A stretch of 64,000 nucleotides of DNA, taken from the NCBI GenBank assembly GCA_963810815.1, contig CAWEPB010000002.1:80940-144939 (forward strand), in the 5' to 3' direction. The notes beneath the pieces are model-generated. The model was given only the letters and a program-made list of their open reading frames with translations, did no database searches and had not been told where the DNA came from. Positions 1-8,387 of this stretch are shown here, in pieces (positions within the stretch are counted from its first letter, which is position 1; each line of letters opens with the position of its first letter). The translations under genes were made by a program, and so were the position numbers. The stretch comes from an uncultured beta proteobacterium (GTDB lineage Bacteria; Pseudomonadota; Gammaproteobacteria; Burkholderiales; Casimicrobiaceae).

Positions 1-81
1 AAGATGATCAAGAAGCTCAAGTGCTACGCCGGCGACGCGCACCCGCACGCCGCGCAGCAACCCAAAACCCTGGATATCTGA
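1..81 (+). CDS. rplM: 50S ribosomal protein L13, C-terminal fragment (gene begins upstream of window)
   Basis: Frame 1 reads [26 protein letters not shown] and stops at TGA 79-81, matching the conserved L13 C-terminus. It lies directly upstream of rpsI, as in the rplM-rpsI operon. Confidence 0.8.
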   Translation, partial: KMIKKLKCYAGDAHPHAAQQPKTLDI

Positions 82-86
82 ACGGC

Positions 87-479
87 ATGATCGGCAACTA
101 CTATTACGGCACGGGCCGGCGCAAGAGCGCGGTCGCCCGAGTGTTCCTGAAGAAGGGCACCGGCAAGATCGTCGTCAACGACAAGCCTGCCGACGAGTTC
201 TTCGGCCGCGAAACGGGCCGCATGGTGATCCGTCAGCCGCTGAAGCTCGTCAACCACGAGGCGACGTTCGACATCATGGTCAACGTCAACGGCGGCGGCG
301 AATCGGGCCAGGCCGGCGCGGTGCGCCACGGCATCACCCGCGCGCTGATCGACTACGACGCGGACCTGAAGCCGACGCTGTCGAAGGCCGGGCTGGTCAC
401 GCGCGACGCGCGCGAGGTCGAACGCAAGAAGGTCGGCCTGCACAAGGCGCGCCGCCGCAAGCAGTTCAGCAAGCGCTGA
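87..479 (+). CDS. rpsI: 30S ribosomal protein S9
   Basis: ATG at 87 gives [26 protein letters not shown]...[19 protein letters not shown]...[10 protein letters not shown], the S9 signature and basic C-terminus. The track start at 21 is a GTG inside rplM. Confidence 0.95.
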   Translation: MIGNYYYGTGRRKSAVARVFLKKGTGKIVVNDKPADEFFGRETGRMVIRQPLKLVNHEATFDIMVNVNGGGESGQAGAVRHGITRALIDYDADLKPTLSKAGLVTRDAREVERKKVGLHKARRRKQFSKR

Positions 480-511
480 CGCCCGCGGGGTCGCACCCGC
501 ACCGCACCGAG

Positions 512-540
512 GGCCGCCGGCGAGGCGGCCTTCGTCTTTT
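512..540 (+). terminator. Rho-independent terminator after rpsI
   Basis: GGCCGCC-GGCGA-GGCGGCC hairpin (512-530) followed by TTCGTCTTTT. Confidence 0.6.
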
Positions 541-652
541 CCGGCACGACGCGGGCCGCGGCGGCCTTTCCCGCGCGGCGGGCCGCCGCGGCGCCAATGG
601 TAAAATCGCCGGTCAAAACGCAGCGACCGCCTGGTCCGAGGAAAACCGCATC

Positions 653-1687
653 ATGACCATCAAGATCGGCATCGTCGGCGGCACCGGCTACACCGGCGTC
701 GAACTGCTCCGGCTGCTTTCGCATCATCCCGAAGCCGAGGTCGTGGCGATCACCTCGCGCGGCGACGCCGGCACGCCCGTCGCCGCCATGTTTCCCAGCC
801 TCCGCGGCCGCTATTCGCTGTCGTTCACGGCGCCCGCCGACACCGACCTCGCGGCCTGCGACGTCGTGTTCTTCGCCACGCCGCACGGCGTCGCCATGGC
901 GCAGGCGCGCGAGCTCGTCGGCGCCGGCGTCAAGGTGATCGACCTCGCCGCCGACTTCCGCCTCAAGGATGTCGCCGAGTTCGAACGCTGGTACAAGCTG
1001 CCGCACAGCTGCCCGGACCTCCTCGCCGAGAGCGTCTACGGGCTGCCGGAGATGAACCGCGAGGCGATCCGGAAGGCACGCATCGTCGGCAACCCGGGCT
1101 GCTATCCGACCACCGTCCAGCTCGGCTTCCTGCCCCTGGTCGAAGCCGGCGTCGTCGACACCGCGCACCTGATCGCCGACTCCAAGTCGGGCGTCTCGGG
1201 TGCCGGGCGCAAGGCCGAGGTGGGGCTGCTGTTCGCCGAGGCGGCCGACAATTTCCGCGCCTACAGCGTCGGCGGGCACCGGCATCATCCGGAGATGGTC
1301 AACGGGCTGGCGGCGCACAGCCGCACGCCGGTGAAGCTGGTGTTCACGCCGCACCTGGTGCCGATGGTGCGCGGCATCCTGTCGACGCTCTACGCCCGGC
1401 TCACGCGGCCGGACGTCGACGTCCAGGCGCTGTTCGAGGCGCGCTACGCCGGCGAGCCCTTCGTCGACGTGATGCCGGCCGGGTCGATGCCCGACACCCG
1501 AAGCGTGCGCGGAGCCAACATGCTGCGGCTCGCGGTCCATCGCCCGGGCAACGGCGACCTGGTCACCGTCATCGCGGTCATGGACAACATGACCAAGGGT
1601 GCGGCGGGCCAGGCGGTCCAGAACATGAACCTGATGCTCGGCCTGCCGGAGACGACGGGGCTCACCGGGTTGCCGCTGGTTCCCTGA
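653..1687 (+). CDS. argC: N-acetyl-gamma-glutamyl-phosphate reductase
   Basis: [25 protein letters not shown]-binding N-terminus, GNPGCYPT active-site Cys motif, 344 aa. Confidence 0.95.
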   Translation: MTIKIGIVGGTGYTGVELLRLLSHHPEAEVVAITSRGDAGTPVAAMFPSLRGRYSLSFTAPADTDLAACDVVFFATPHGVAMAQARELVGAGVKVIDLAADFRLKDVAEFERWYKLPHSCPDLLAESVYGLPEMNREAIRKARIVGNPGCYPTTVQLGFLPLVEAGVVDTAHLIADSKSGVSGAGRKAEVGLLFAEAADNFRAYSVGGHRHHPEMVNGLAAHSRTPVKLVFTPHLVPMVRGILSTLYARLTRPDVDVQALFEARYAGEPFVDVMPAGSMPDTRSVRGANMLRLAVHRPGNGDLVTVIAVMDNMTKGAAGQAVQNMNLMLGLPETTGLTGLPLVP

Positions 1688-1734
1688 CGGTCCGGGCGCC
1701 GGGTCCGCCGGCACCGGGCTGCGTCACCCAGGTC

Positions 1735-2517
1735 ATGGCCTCCGCTCCCTCATCCTTCTGGCGCCGCCTGCGCCAGCACTTTTCCATCGATGCCCCGAAG
1801 ATGGCGGTGCGCTCGCACCTGCCGTGGCCGTGGCGCGCGGTCGTCGCCATCGCTCTGCTGGCGCTGGTCGGTGGCATGTGGTGGTGGGGCTTTGACTTCG
1901 GGCAGATCTTCGGCGGATTCAACCGCAAGGAAATCGAAACCCGCCTCACCACGCTCGAAGCCGACACCGCCAGGCTGGCGCAGGAAAACTCCGCGCTGCG
2001 CGCGGTCAACTCGGCGCTGGAGAGCGAACTCGCGATGACCCGCGGTGCCCAGGCGACGATGCAGCGGCAGGTCGAGGAGACGACTGCCGAGAACGCCCAG
2101 TTGCGGGAGGAACTCGCGTTCCTGCAGAAGCTGGTCATCGACTCGAACAAGCAGCCGGGCCTGTCGATTCAGCGCCTCACCGCCGAGCGCGGCGGGGAGG
2201 AGGTCTGGAACTTCAGCCTGCTGATCGTCCGTGGCGGCAGTCCGAAGGAGGAGTTCGAGGGGCAGGTGACGCTGTCGGCGACCGTCGCCCCGGCCACCCC
2301 GGCGCCGGGGGCGGGCGCCGCCCGTCCGGCGACGATCAACCTGCCCGAGGACCAGCCGGCGACCGCCCCGGCGCTCAAGCTCAAGTTCAAGTATTATCAG
2401 CGGCTTGAGGGTTCGTTCCGGGTTCCGCCCGGACAGGCGGTGAAGTCCCTGAGCGCCCGGGTCCTCGAGGCCGGGGCGCCGTCGCCGAGGGCGACGCGAA
2501 GCTTGATCATTCCCTAG
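1735..2517 (+). CDS. Membrane-anchored coiled-coil protein of unknown function (upstream partner of bactofilin)
   Basis: One TM segment (AVVAIALLALVGGMWWWGF) is followed by a heptad-like coiled coil (LTTLEADTARLAQENSALRAVNSALESELA...). High GC3 coding signal. The stop lies 9 nt before the bactofilin gene. Confidence 0.6.
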   Translation: MASAPSSFWRRLRQHFSIDAPKMAVRSHLPWPWRAVVAIALLALVGGMWWWGFDFGQIFGGFNRKEIETRLTTLEADTARLAQENSALRAVNSALESELAMTRGAQATMQRQVEETTAENAQLREELAFLQKLVIDSNKQPGLSIQRLTAERGGEEVWNFSLLIVRGGSPKEEFEGQVTLSATVAPATPAPGAGAARPATINLPEDQPATAPALKLKFKYYQRLEGSFRVPPGQAVKSLSARVLEAGAPSPRATRSLIIP

Positions 2518-2526
2518 GAGGCCCCC

Positions 2527-2931
2527 ATGTTCGGCAAGAAGAGTCGGATGCCGCAGAAGCGCATCGACAGCCTGATCGGTGCCGGCACCGTCGTCGACGG
2601 CGACGTCACCTTCACCGGTGGCCTCCGCATCGACGGCCACGTCCGCGGCAACGTGATCGCCGCCAACAGCGAGCCGGGGACGCTGGTGGTGAGCGAGCAG
2701 GCGAAGGTCGATGGCCAGATCCGCGTTTCGCACGTGGTCATCAATGGCACGGTGAACGGCCCGGTCACCGCCGACGATTACCTCGAACTGCAACCCAAGG
2801 CGCGCATCCTCGGGGACGTCAGCTACAAGATGCTGGAAATGCACGTGGGCGCAGTGATCCAGGGACGGCTCGACCATGCCGAACCGGGGACTGCCTCGGT
2901 GGTCGAATTGAAGCGGGTGGGCGCCGATTGA
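2527..2931 (+). CDS. Bactofilin (polymer-forming cytoskeletal protein)
   Basis: Strong RBS TAGGAGG before the ATG. Repetitive beta-helix pattern IGAGTVVDGDVTFTGGLRIDGHVRGNV...VVINGTVNGPV...ARILGDVSY is typical of the bactofilin/CcmA domain. Confidence 0.85.
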   Translation: MFGKKSRMPQKRIDSLIGAGTVVDGDVTFTGGLRIDGHVRGNVIAANSEPGTLVVSEQAKVDGQIRVSHVVINGTVNGPVTADDYLELQPKARILGDVSYKMLEMHVGAVIQGRLDHAEPGTASVVELKRVGAD

Positions 2932-3061
2932 ACGCCCGCCCCCCAGCCGGCCGGAACGGCCGGGCCGCAGCCCTGACCGCGCCAACACCATACGGGCGGC
3001 AGGGTTGCGGTGAAAGGGTGGGGCACCGCATAATCCTTTTGTCGAAATGCAAGGAGCAGTG

Positions 3062-3412
3062 ATGAATGCCATGACCGAAATGCCCGCCCCGCTCGTGTTC
3101 ACCGACAACGCCGCCGCCAAGGTGAAGGCGCTGATCGATGAGGAAGGCAATCCCGAACTGAAGCTGCGCGTGTTCGTCAGCGGCGGCGGCTGCTCGGGGT
3201 TCCAGTACGGATTCACGTTCGACGAGGTCGTCAACGAAGACGACACCTCGATGCACAAGAATGGCGTGACGCTGTTGATCGACCCGATGAGCTACCAGTA
3301 CCTCGTCGGCGCGGAAATCGACTACAGCGAAGGTCTCGAGGGCGCGCAGTTCGTCATCAAGAACCCGAACGCGACGACGACCTGCGGCTGCGGGTCGAGC
3401 TTCAGCGCCTGA
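3062..3412 (+). CDS. erpA: Iron-sulfur cluster insertion protein ErpA (A-type carrier)
   Basis: [23 protein letters not shown] and C-terminal CGCGSSF cysteine ligands. AAGGAG RBS (3051-3056) sits 5 nt before ATG 3062; the track start 3047 contains the RBS. Confidence 0.9.
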   Translation: MNAMTEMPAPLVFTDNAAAKVKALIDEEGNPELKLRVFVSGGGCSGFQYGFTFDEVVNEDDTSMHKNGVTLLIDPMSYQYLVGAEIDYSEGLEGAQFVIKNPNATTTCGCGSSFSA

Positions 3413-3436
3413 TCGCATCAGGCTGTCGCGGCAACG

Positions 3437-3464
3437 AACGGGGCCCATGCGGCCCCGTTTTCTT
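3437..3464 (+). terminator. Rho-independent terminator after erpA
   Basis: Perfect 9-bp stem AACGGGGCC / GGCCCCGTT with 5-nt loop, followed by TTTTCTT. Confidence 0.8.
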
Positions 3465-3498
3465 GGACTGCGCCCGGGACCCGTGCGCAGGCGCCGAG

Positions 3499-4134
3499 TC
3501 AGTCCGCCGGCGCCACGTGCAGCACCAGCTGCCGCGACGCAGGGTCGTAGCGCAGCGACACGTCCTTCCGGATGCGGATGAGGTCGATCTGGCCGATCTG
3601 ATCGTCCGGAATGTCGGACAGGTCGATCGCGGCGGGGCGGCCCGCGGGCATGGCGAGCGCGTGCCGATCGAACACCAGCCCGCGCTCGAACCCGGTGCCG
3701 GTCTGCGCCGAAACCCAGAACGCGATGCTGTTGGCGTTCGAGGCGGCGCCGGGGTCGACACCGAGGTCGGACCGGTTCTTCATCACCGCATTGACGGCGA
3801 TCTTCGGATACGCGTTGGTGGGTTCCTCGTTGATCACCGCCGACTCGATGCCGACCAGGATCGAGCGCGAACCGGGCAGCGCCCAGGCCTCGGAAGCGAG
3901 CCCGAACGCCCATTGGTGGACCCCGGCCCCGTTCTGCGCGGTGAACTGCGCCGCGACGGTGAAGTCGCGCAGGCTCTCGGCCGAGCCGCCGATGCGGTGC
4001 AGCCCGCCGACAAACGCGTTGGCGAGGCCCGGCTGCGTGGGCTGCCAGACGGAAACGTACGGCGGCGGATCCGCCCGGGCAACCGGCGCCAGTGCGGCCG
4101 CAGCAATCAGCAGCGAAGCAATTACGGACTTCAT
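3499..4134 (-). CDS. Secreted protein of unknown function (Sec signal peptide)
   Basis: ATG at 4134 is preceded by GGAGAT. MKSVIASLLIAAAALAPVARA is a signal peptide. No motif I recognise. Coding-like GC3. Confidence 0.6.
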   Translation of the reverse strand: MKSVIASLLIAAAALAPVARADPPPYVSVWQPTQPGLANAFVGGLHRIGGSAESLRDFTVAAQFTAQNGAGVHQWAFGLASEAWALPGSRSILVGIESAVINEEPTNAYPKIAVNAVMKNRSDLGVDPGAASNANSIAFWVSAQTGTGFERGLVFDRHALAMPAGRPAAIDLSDIPDDQIGQIDLIRIRKDVSLRYDPASRQLVLHVAPAD

Positions 4135-4210
4135 CGTGGGATCTCCTGGTGGCATCCGAGTGTCCCCGGGGATGCCGCCATCGTAATCCCGAATGCGCCG
4201 GGGGTCCGGG

Positions 4211-5323
4211 TCAGGCTGGCGTGACCGCTCCCAGGACACGCGGGCCGCGGGCGCCGGTCACCGCCGGCAGATTCCCGGGACGACCCGCGATCGCTTCCCG
4301 CGCCAGCCAGGCGAACGCCAGCGCCTCGACGTGGTCGACGGCGACGCCGACTGCGGCGGTCGTCGCGACCGCCCTCGGCGCGAGCTCGCGAGCGAGCGCC
4401 TGCATCAGCGCAGCGTTGCGCGCGCCGCCACCGCAGACCAGCACCGTCGTCGCCCCGCCGCAGTGCGTGCGGACCGCATCGCCGACGCCGCGCGCGGTCA
4501 GCGCGACCAGCGTCGCCTGCACGTCGGCCGGTCCGACCGCACGGCCGAGGGCGTCGAGGCGGGCGTCCAGCCATGCCGCGTCGAAGAGGTCGCGGCCGGT
4601 GCTCTTCGGTGGCCGCCGCGAGAAGTACGGCTCGGTGAGCAGCTGCGCGAGCAGCTCGGCATCGACGCGGCCCGAGCGCGCCCAGGCGCCGTCCGCGTCG
4701 TACGCCCCGCCGCGATGCCGCGCGTGCCAGAGGTCCGACAGCACGTTTCCCGGCCCGGTGTCGAAGCCGCGCACCACGGCGCCCCCGGGGGGCAGGTCGG
4801 TCAGGTTGGCGATGCCGCCGAGATTGACGATGACCCGATGTTCGTCGGCGGCGCCGAATGCCGCCGCATGGAATGCAGGCACCAGCGGCGCGCCCTGCCC
4901 CCCAGCGGCGATGTCGCGCCGGCGGAAGTCGGCGACGACCGCGATGCCGGCGCGTTCGGCGACCCGTGCCGGGTCGTTGAGCTGTATGGTCCACCCCTCC
5001 TCGGGGCGATGGCGGACGGTCTGCCCATGGATCCCGGCCGCCACCACGTCGGCATTCCCGACACCGGCATCGGTGCTGGCCGCCGCCAGGGCTTCGGCAT
5101 AGAGGTCCGCGAGCGCCACGGAAGCCCTCGCCGCGCGCGCGAGTTCGTCGGGGCCGGGCGCCTGCAGCGTCAGCAGCTCGGCCCGCAGTCCCTCCGCGAA
5201 TCGGCAGTGGGCCGAGCCGAGCAACCGGCAGAACGGGCCGGCCGCCGGGAATTCGGCGACGACGGCGTCGACCCCGTCGAGGCTGGTGCCGGACATCACG
5301 CCGGCGTAGATTTCGCGGCGCAT
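4211..5323 (-). CDS. anmK: Anhydro-N-acetylmuramic acid kinase
   Basis: MRREIYAGVMSGTSLDGVDAV N-terminus, DIAAGGQGAPLVPAFH and FDTGPGN motifs, 370 aa. It is embedded in the longer 4211..6724 open frame. Confidence 0.9.
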   Translation of the reverse strand: MRREIYAGVMSGTSLDGVDAVVAEFPAAGPFCRLLGSAHCRFAEGLRAELLTLQAPGPDELARAARASVALADLYAEALAAASTDAGVGNADVVAAGIHGQTVRHRPEEGWTIQLNDPARVAERAGIAVVADFRRRDIAAGGQGAPLVPAFHAAAFGAADEHRVIVNLGGIANLTDLPPGGAVVRGFDTGPGNVLSDLWHARHRGGAYDADGAWARSGRVDAELLAQLLTEPYFSRRPPKSTGRDLFDAAWLDARLDALGRAVGPADVQATLVALTARGVGDAVRTHCGGATTVLVCGGGARNAALMQALARELAPRAVATTAAVGVAVDHVEALAFAWLAREAIAGRPGNLPAVTGARGPRVLGAVTPA

Positions 5324-5349
5324 GGCGGGGCGGGACGCCAGGAGAACCG

Positions 5350-6687
5350 TTATTCGGCCGCGGCCAGCACGCCCGCAGGGAGCGAATGGATCAGGGCCAG
5401 CTGCGCGTTCGCCGGCGCGATGCGCTCGGCGAAGGCGGCGCGATCGGCGGCCGGAAGCGGTTCGCCGCCGGGCATCGCGATCGTCAGCGGGTTGCGCGCG
5501 TCGTTGTTGACGCGGAATTCGTAGTGCAGGTGCGGGCCGGTCGCCCAGCCGGTCTGGCCGACGTAGCCGATGACCTCGCCCTGTGCCACGCGGGCCCCGT
5601 TGGCCACCCGCGGCGCGAAGCGGGACATGTGGGCATAGAGCGTCGAATGCGCGCCCGCGTGCTGCAGATGGATCACTTTGCCATAGCCACCCTGGACGCC
5701 GGCAAAGATCACCTTGCCGTCCGCGGTCGCGCGGATCGGGGTGCCCACGGGCGCGCCGTAGTCGACGCCCTTGTGGGCGCGCATCGTCTGCAGAATCGGA
5801 TGGAAACGGGCGTTGGTGAAGCCGGAGGTCACCCGGGAGAATTCCATCGGCGAACGCAGGAACGCCTTCCGCAGCGCGCTGCCGTCCGCGGCATAGTAGG
5901 ACTCGACGCCGTCGGCGTCGCGCCACAGGAACGCACGGAACACGCGTCCGCGGTTCTCGAATTCGGCGGCGACGATGCGGCCCGTGCCCGCGGCTTCGCC
6001 GTCGATCGTGCGCGACTCGTAGACCACCGCGAAGCGATCGCCGCGCTGGATATCCTTGTAGAAGTCGATGTCGCCGGCGAAGACGTCGGCGAGCTGGATC
6101 GTCACGGCGTCCGGCAGCCCGGCGTCGTCGGCGGCACCGAACAGCGACGAGCGGATTTCGCCGGCCGCCATCTTCCAGCGCGTCTCCACGATGGGCGCCT
6201 CGGTGGACGCGATCAGCCGTTCCCCGGCGCGAGCCACGGTCAGGCGCCGGCCATCGGCCGCGATGAAGCGAAGCGCGCGCATGCGGCCGGCCTCGTCGGT
6301 CTCGACGGCGATCCCGCGACCGGGCCGCAACTGGTAGAGCGGTCGCGCGGCCGGATCGGTGCGCAGGAACGCCATCGTCTCGGGGTCGTCGATGCCGAGG
6401 CGGGAGAGGACGCTGCCGACCGTGTCGCCGCGGCGCACCCGCTCCTCCTGCCAGTAACCGGTGTCGCCGTCGTCGACCGCGGCGACCGCCGGGGCCGCCA
6501 GCGCGCGCTCGATGAAGCGGGTGGGCGCCGGGTCGACCGACGAGCCCGGCGCGATGCCGAATGCCGCCATCCCCGCCAGCGCCAGCACCGCCGCGCCGAG
6601 CCACTGGGCGGCCGACGGCGCGCCGACCGCCCGCCGGGCGGCCGCGATCAGGGTTTGCGCTAGAATTCGTGGTTGGTCGAAGGGCAT
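5350..6687 (-). CDS. M23 family metallopeptidase (MepM/YebA-like murein endopeptidase)
   Basis: N-terminal TM. OapA/LysM-like segment (VRRGDTVGSVLSRLGI). M23 catalytic motifs HKGVDYGAPVGTPI and GPHLHYE. Confidence 0.9.
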   Translation of the reverse strand: MPFDQPRILAQTLIAAARRAVGAPSAAQWLGAAVLALAGMAAFGIAPGSSVDPAPTRFIERALAAPAVAAVDDGDTGYWQEERVRRGDTVGSVLSRLGIDDPETMAFLRTDPAARPLYQLRPGRGIAVETDEAGRMRALRFIAADGRRLTVARAGERLIASTEAPIVETRWKMAAGEIRSSLFGAADDAGLPDAVTIQLADVFAGDIDFYKDIQRGDRFAVVYESRTIDGEAAGTGRIVAAEFENRGRVFRAFLWRDADGVESYYAADGSALRKAFLRSPMEFSRVTSGFTNARFHPILQTMRAHKGVDYGAPVGTPIRATADGKVIFAGVQGGYGKVIHLQHAGAHSTLYAHMSRFAPRVANGARVAQGEVIGYVGQTGWATGPHLHYEFRVNNDARNPLTIAMPGGEPLPAADRAAFAERIAPANAQLALIHSLPAGVLAAAE

Positions 6688-6957
6688 CGCAGGGGAAACT
6701 CGGGCGAGTCCGAGATTCTAGCAAAACTCAAGCCACGCCCTCCCGGCGGCAGAAATTGGCCGCCGGCGGCCCGGCCCCCGGAGCGAGCCTTCCCATGAGC
6801 CTGACCCTCTACGGCATTTCCTCCTCGCCCGCGTCCCGACCGCAGCGGACGGCGCCCGAACCCGAGCTGCCCTGCGGCCTCGTCCCGGATCACGCCACCG
6901 GGCCGGAGGCCGTGGCCGGGAACTCGGCGGCCCGGCGCGAAGCGAAGGCGGCCTGAC

Positions 6958-8160
6958 ATGACCGTGTCCGTCGCCGAGCAGATCGCGATCTTCAAGTACG
7001 GGGCGGACGAGCTCCTGGTCGAGTCCGAACTCGCCGCCAAGCTCGCGCGCGGCAAGCCGCTGCGGATCAAGCTGGGACTCGATCCGACCGCGCCCGACAT
7101 CCACATCGGCCACACTGTCGTGCTCAACAAGATGCGCCGGATGCAGGACCTCGGCCACCATGTGATCTTCCTGATCGGCGACTTCACGTCGATGATCGGC
7201 GACCCCTCGGGGCGCAACGCGACGCGGCCGCCGCTGTCGCGCGAGCAGATCCGCGCCAATGCCGAGACGTATCACGCGCAGGCGTCGAAGGTGCTCGATC
7301 CCGCGCGGACCGAGATCCGCTACAACTCCGAGTGGTGCGAGCCTCTGGGCGCCGCCGGGATGATCCGCCTGGCCGCGTCGTACACGGTCGCGCGGATGCT
7401 GGAGCGGGACGATTTCTCGAAGCGCTTTGCCGCGCACCAGCCGATCGCCGTCCACGAGTTCCTGTATCCGCTGATGCAGGGCTACGACTCGGTCGCGCTG
7501 AAGGCCGACATCGAGCTCGGCGGCACCGACCAGAAATTCAACCTGCTGGTCGGCCGGGAGCTGCAGAAGTCGCACGGCCAGGAGCCCCAGTGCATCCTGA
7601 CGATGCCGCTGCTCGAGGGACTGGACGGCGTCGAGAAGATGTCGAAGTCGAAGGGCAACTACGTCGGCATCACCGAGCCGCCGGGGGAGATGTTCGGCAA
7701 GCTGATGTCGATTTCCGACGAGCTGATGTGGAAGTACTACGCGTTGCTGTCGTTTCGCGCTCCGGACGACGTGGCGCGGCTCAGGCGCGAGTGTGCCGAG
7801 GGACGCAATCCGCGCGACGCCAAGGTCGCCCTGGCGCAGGAGGTCGTCGCCCGGTTCCATTCGCAGGCAGCGGCCGAGGCGGCGCTGACCGAGTTCGAGG
7901 CGCGGTTTCGCGGCGGCGCGATGCCGGAGAACATGCCCGAGATGACGCTGGCGTCCGCCGGCGCCGGGTTGCCCGTCGCGCAGCTCGCCAAGCAGGCGGG
8001 CATCGTGGAATCGACCTCCGAGGCGCTGCGCCTGATCGCCGGGCGCGGCCTCCGGATCGACGGCGAGGTCGTCGCCGACAAGTCGCAGGTCATTCCCGCC
8101 GGCCGCACCGTGGTCGTGCAGGCAGGCAAACGCAAGTTCGCGCGAGTCACCGTTTCCTGA
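6958..8160 (+). CDS. tyrS: Tyrosine--tRNA ligase (type 2)
   Basis: HIGH motif (PDIHIGH), KMSKS motif, C-terminal S4-like domain, 400 aa. Confidence 0.95.
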   Translation: MTVSVAEQIAIFKYGADELLVESELAAKLARGKPLRIKLGLDPTAPDIHIGHTVVLNKMRRMQDLGHHVIFLIGDFTSMIGDPSGRNATRPPLSREQIRANAETYHAQASKVLDPARTEIRYNSEWCEPLGAAGMIRLAASYTVARMLERDDFSKRFAAHQPIAVHEFLYPLMQGYDSVALKADIELGGTDQKFNLLVGRELQKSHGQEPQCILTMPLLEGLDGVEKMSKSKGNYVGITEPPGEMFGKLMSISDELMWKYYALLSFRAPDDVARLRRECAEGRNPRDAKVALAQEVVARFHSQAAAEAALTEFEARFRGGAMPENMPEMTLASAGAGLPVAQLAKQAGIVESTSEALRLIAGRGLRIDGEVVADKSQVIPAGRTVVVQAGKRKFARVTVS

Positions 8161-8162
8161 AC

Positions 8163-8387
8163 GGGGTCAGGTCGAATTCAGGGCAACGATCACAATCCGG
8201 TCGCGTTGCGGCCGGGCAGTTTGTGATTGTCGCGGACACTGGTGGCTTCGCCTATCGGCCAGTCGGCCGATGGCGCACCCGTGGGGTGATCCGCAAAATG
8301 TGGCCAGGCGCCCACCGTTGGCACGACGCCGGCGTGCCAGCGTCGGAGACGCTAGACCGGACGTTGTCCTAAATTCGACCTGACCCC
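8163..8387. mobile_element. 225-bp MITE-like element bounded by 26-bp imperfect terminal inverted repeats starting GGGG (Tn3-family-like ends)
   Basis: Left end GGGGTCAGGTCGAATTCAGGGCAACG (8163-8188). The reverse complement of the right end (8362-8387) is GGGGTCAGGTCGAATTTAGGACAACG. That is 24/26 identical, with the first 16 bp perfect. The element fills the whole tyrS/soxB gap and has no ORF of its own. No target-site duplication was seen. Confidence 0.4.

Noticed and set aside
353-3258. Long minus-strand ORFs (353..1714, 1750..3258) opposite argC, the coiled-coil gene, bactofilin and erpA.
   Set aside because: These are Arg/Gly/Pro/Asp-rich translations with no family motifs. They are mirror-frame shadows of well-supported plus-strand genes, as expected in high-GC DNA.
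8319-8340. TGGCAC at 8319-8324, a possible sigma54 -24 element inside the inverted-repeat element. It also forms the hairpin TGGCACG-ACGCCGG-CGTGCCA.
   Set aside because: There is no TTGC-like -12 element at the required spacing (the sequence there is CGGC), and no downstream gene in the correct orientation.
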